DNA from: Squalus acanthias
Lineage: Eukaryota
DNA: 64,000 bases
Direction of reading: 5' to 3'
Assembly: GCA_030390025.1 (NCBI GenBank)
Contig: CM059432.1
Span: forward strand, 143,532,001 to 143,596,000
Shown here: piece by piece, positions 62,281-64,000 of the stretch
Position numbering within the stretch: position 1 is the first letter of the stretch
How the letters are laid out: each line of letters opens with the position of its first letter
The notes under the pieces: model-generated
The model's input: the letters and a program-made list of their open reading frames with translations, nothing else
Databases searched by the model: none
What the model was told of the DNA's origin: nothing
Program-made: the position numbers and the translations under genes

Positions 62281-63641
62281 GTAAGCCTCTGAGTGCTGAA
62301 TGCACGCTGAAGTTTCCAAAATATACTCAGCCTATCAAATAATAACAGCAACTTGCATTAATACAGCGCCTTTAACGTAGTAAAACGTCCCAAGGCGCTT
62401 CACAGGAACGATTATCAAACAAAAACTGACACTGAGCCACACAATGAGATATAGGACAGCCGAGCAAATGCTTGGTCAACATTAGAACATAAGACGTAGG
62501 AGCAGGAGTCGGTCATTTGGCCCCTCGAGCCTGCTCCGCCATTCAATAAGATCATGGCTGATCTGATCTTGGCCTGAACTCCACCTCCCTGCCCGCTCCC
62601 CATAACCCTTGACTCTTGTCAAAGAGGTCGGTTTTAAGGAGCATCTTAAAGGAGGAGAGAGAGGTGAAGAGATTTATTCATAAACACTTTCTATAGACTT
62701 GCAAGCCTAAATACTATACACAGCAGGAAGAGAGTAATCTGGATCTATTTTAAACCCTGCAAGCCGTGTTATTTTGTTATAAAGATTTGTATGTAGATGA
62801 GACACTCGTTAAGAGCTTAATCGCCTGTCTCCTTTACAATGTGCAACTGCAGGTGTGAACTGTAAGCCATCGAGCATTCTGTTCATCTGCCGTAGCCAAT
62901 CACTTAGGGGTCAATAAACTAAACAACTGGCTAAGAGGATTACTGTCACTTGGCGAAAATGAGTGCTTGTTAGGTATTCATTCAGAATTTCTTTGGTGTA
63001 GAGAAGTAATGCAATGTTTGTATGAAATAGGATTTAATGGCATTTTTCATTTTATTATACCAACTAGTTCAGCTATGTAATTAATTGTAAAACAATTCTA
63101 TATACGTGGGTGGCACAGTTGAAAGATTAGCACACAATGCCTCTTACAATCAGTGCCACCTCGAAGATACCAAGCAGAGAGGGAGAGAAAATCAGGACAG
63201 CCACACCCAAGGAGTGAAATAGGGGGAGTTTACCCTTTAAAAATAAATGAAGCAATATTATATAAATGCAGCGGGCTCAACTCAGTTGCATTTTATTGTG
63301 TATATTAATCTGACTATATCCACTAAAAAACAGATTATCTGGTCATTATCTCATCGCTGTTTGTGGGAGCTTGCTGTGAGTAAATTAGCCGCCGCTGTTC
63401 CTACATTACAACAGTGACTACACTTCAAAAGCACTTCATTGGCTGTAATGCTCTTTGGGATGTCCTGAGGTGGTGAAAGGCGTTATAGAAAATGCCAGTT
63501 CTTTCTTATTTTCTTTGAATTGAAAGATTGCAACAAGCATAAGCATTTAAAGGAATGGTTTTGTTGCGAATGTAGTAAATTTTAGTTTTGTTTTGACAAG
63601 GGGTTGGAATCGGAATGAGATTGTCATTCTCTCCTACTCAG

Positions 63642-63771
63642 GTCTCCCTGTTCCTGTAACCTGGACTCATTTAGCTCAGACTGCTGATGCAGGCACCTCC
63701 ACTCTAATCTTACAAAAAGCCGTGACTTGGAGACCAGGGGATGAGATTGTCATTGCGTCAACTGGCGGCAG
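63642..63771 (+). CDS. PKHD1L1: PKHD1L1 exon (last in window; gene continues)
   Basis: cag/gtaca; GLPVPVTWTHLAQTADAGTSTLILQKAVTWRPGDEIVIASTGG. Confidence 0.95.
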
Positions 63772-63865
63772 GTACATCTGGGACATCGAGGCACAAGTAG
63801 CGTGGCCTGGAGTCTTCTAAGATTGAGTCACTCCCTAGAAACTCATCGGGTCTGTATCACTAGTG

Positions 63866-64000
63866 TCGGCCGTGGCTCAGTGGGTGTCCCTCTCACCTCT
63901 CAGTCAGAAGCTTCGAGCCCCACTCCAGAGACTTGAGCACATGACCTAGGCTGACACTCCCAGTGCAGTGCTGAGGGAGTGCTGCACTGTCGGAGGTGCT
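63866..64000 (+). mobile_element. Deu-domain SINE 5' part (runs off window)
   Basis: Homologous to 52394-52535. Confidence 0.75.

Overview
Vertebrate genomic DNA, very likely a cartilaginous fish (shark), judged from HE1-type and Deu-domain SINEs and dense CR1/L2 LINE debris. The window lies wholly inside one + strand gene, PKHD1L1 (fibrocystin-L). I traced 22 consecutive, phase-compatible exons (1447-63771) encoding IPT/TIG repeats and the first G8 domain; three have GC rather than GT donors. The introns hold: a full-length 4.2-kb PIF/Harbinger transposon (intact transposase, three-exon Myb/SANT partner gene with one homopolymer frameshift); a decayed second Harbinger; Harbinger MITEs; and a 21-bp minisatellite grown from a Harbinger subterminal motif. 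They also hold an hAT-like element apparently carrying a captured TPP2 exon 1, two fold-back Penelope-type elements with covarying minimal hammerhead motifs, an ORF1-less LINE with a tRNA-like head, a 5'-inverted RTE insertion and other minisatellites. Family and gene names are from recalled sequence recognition, not database searches.
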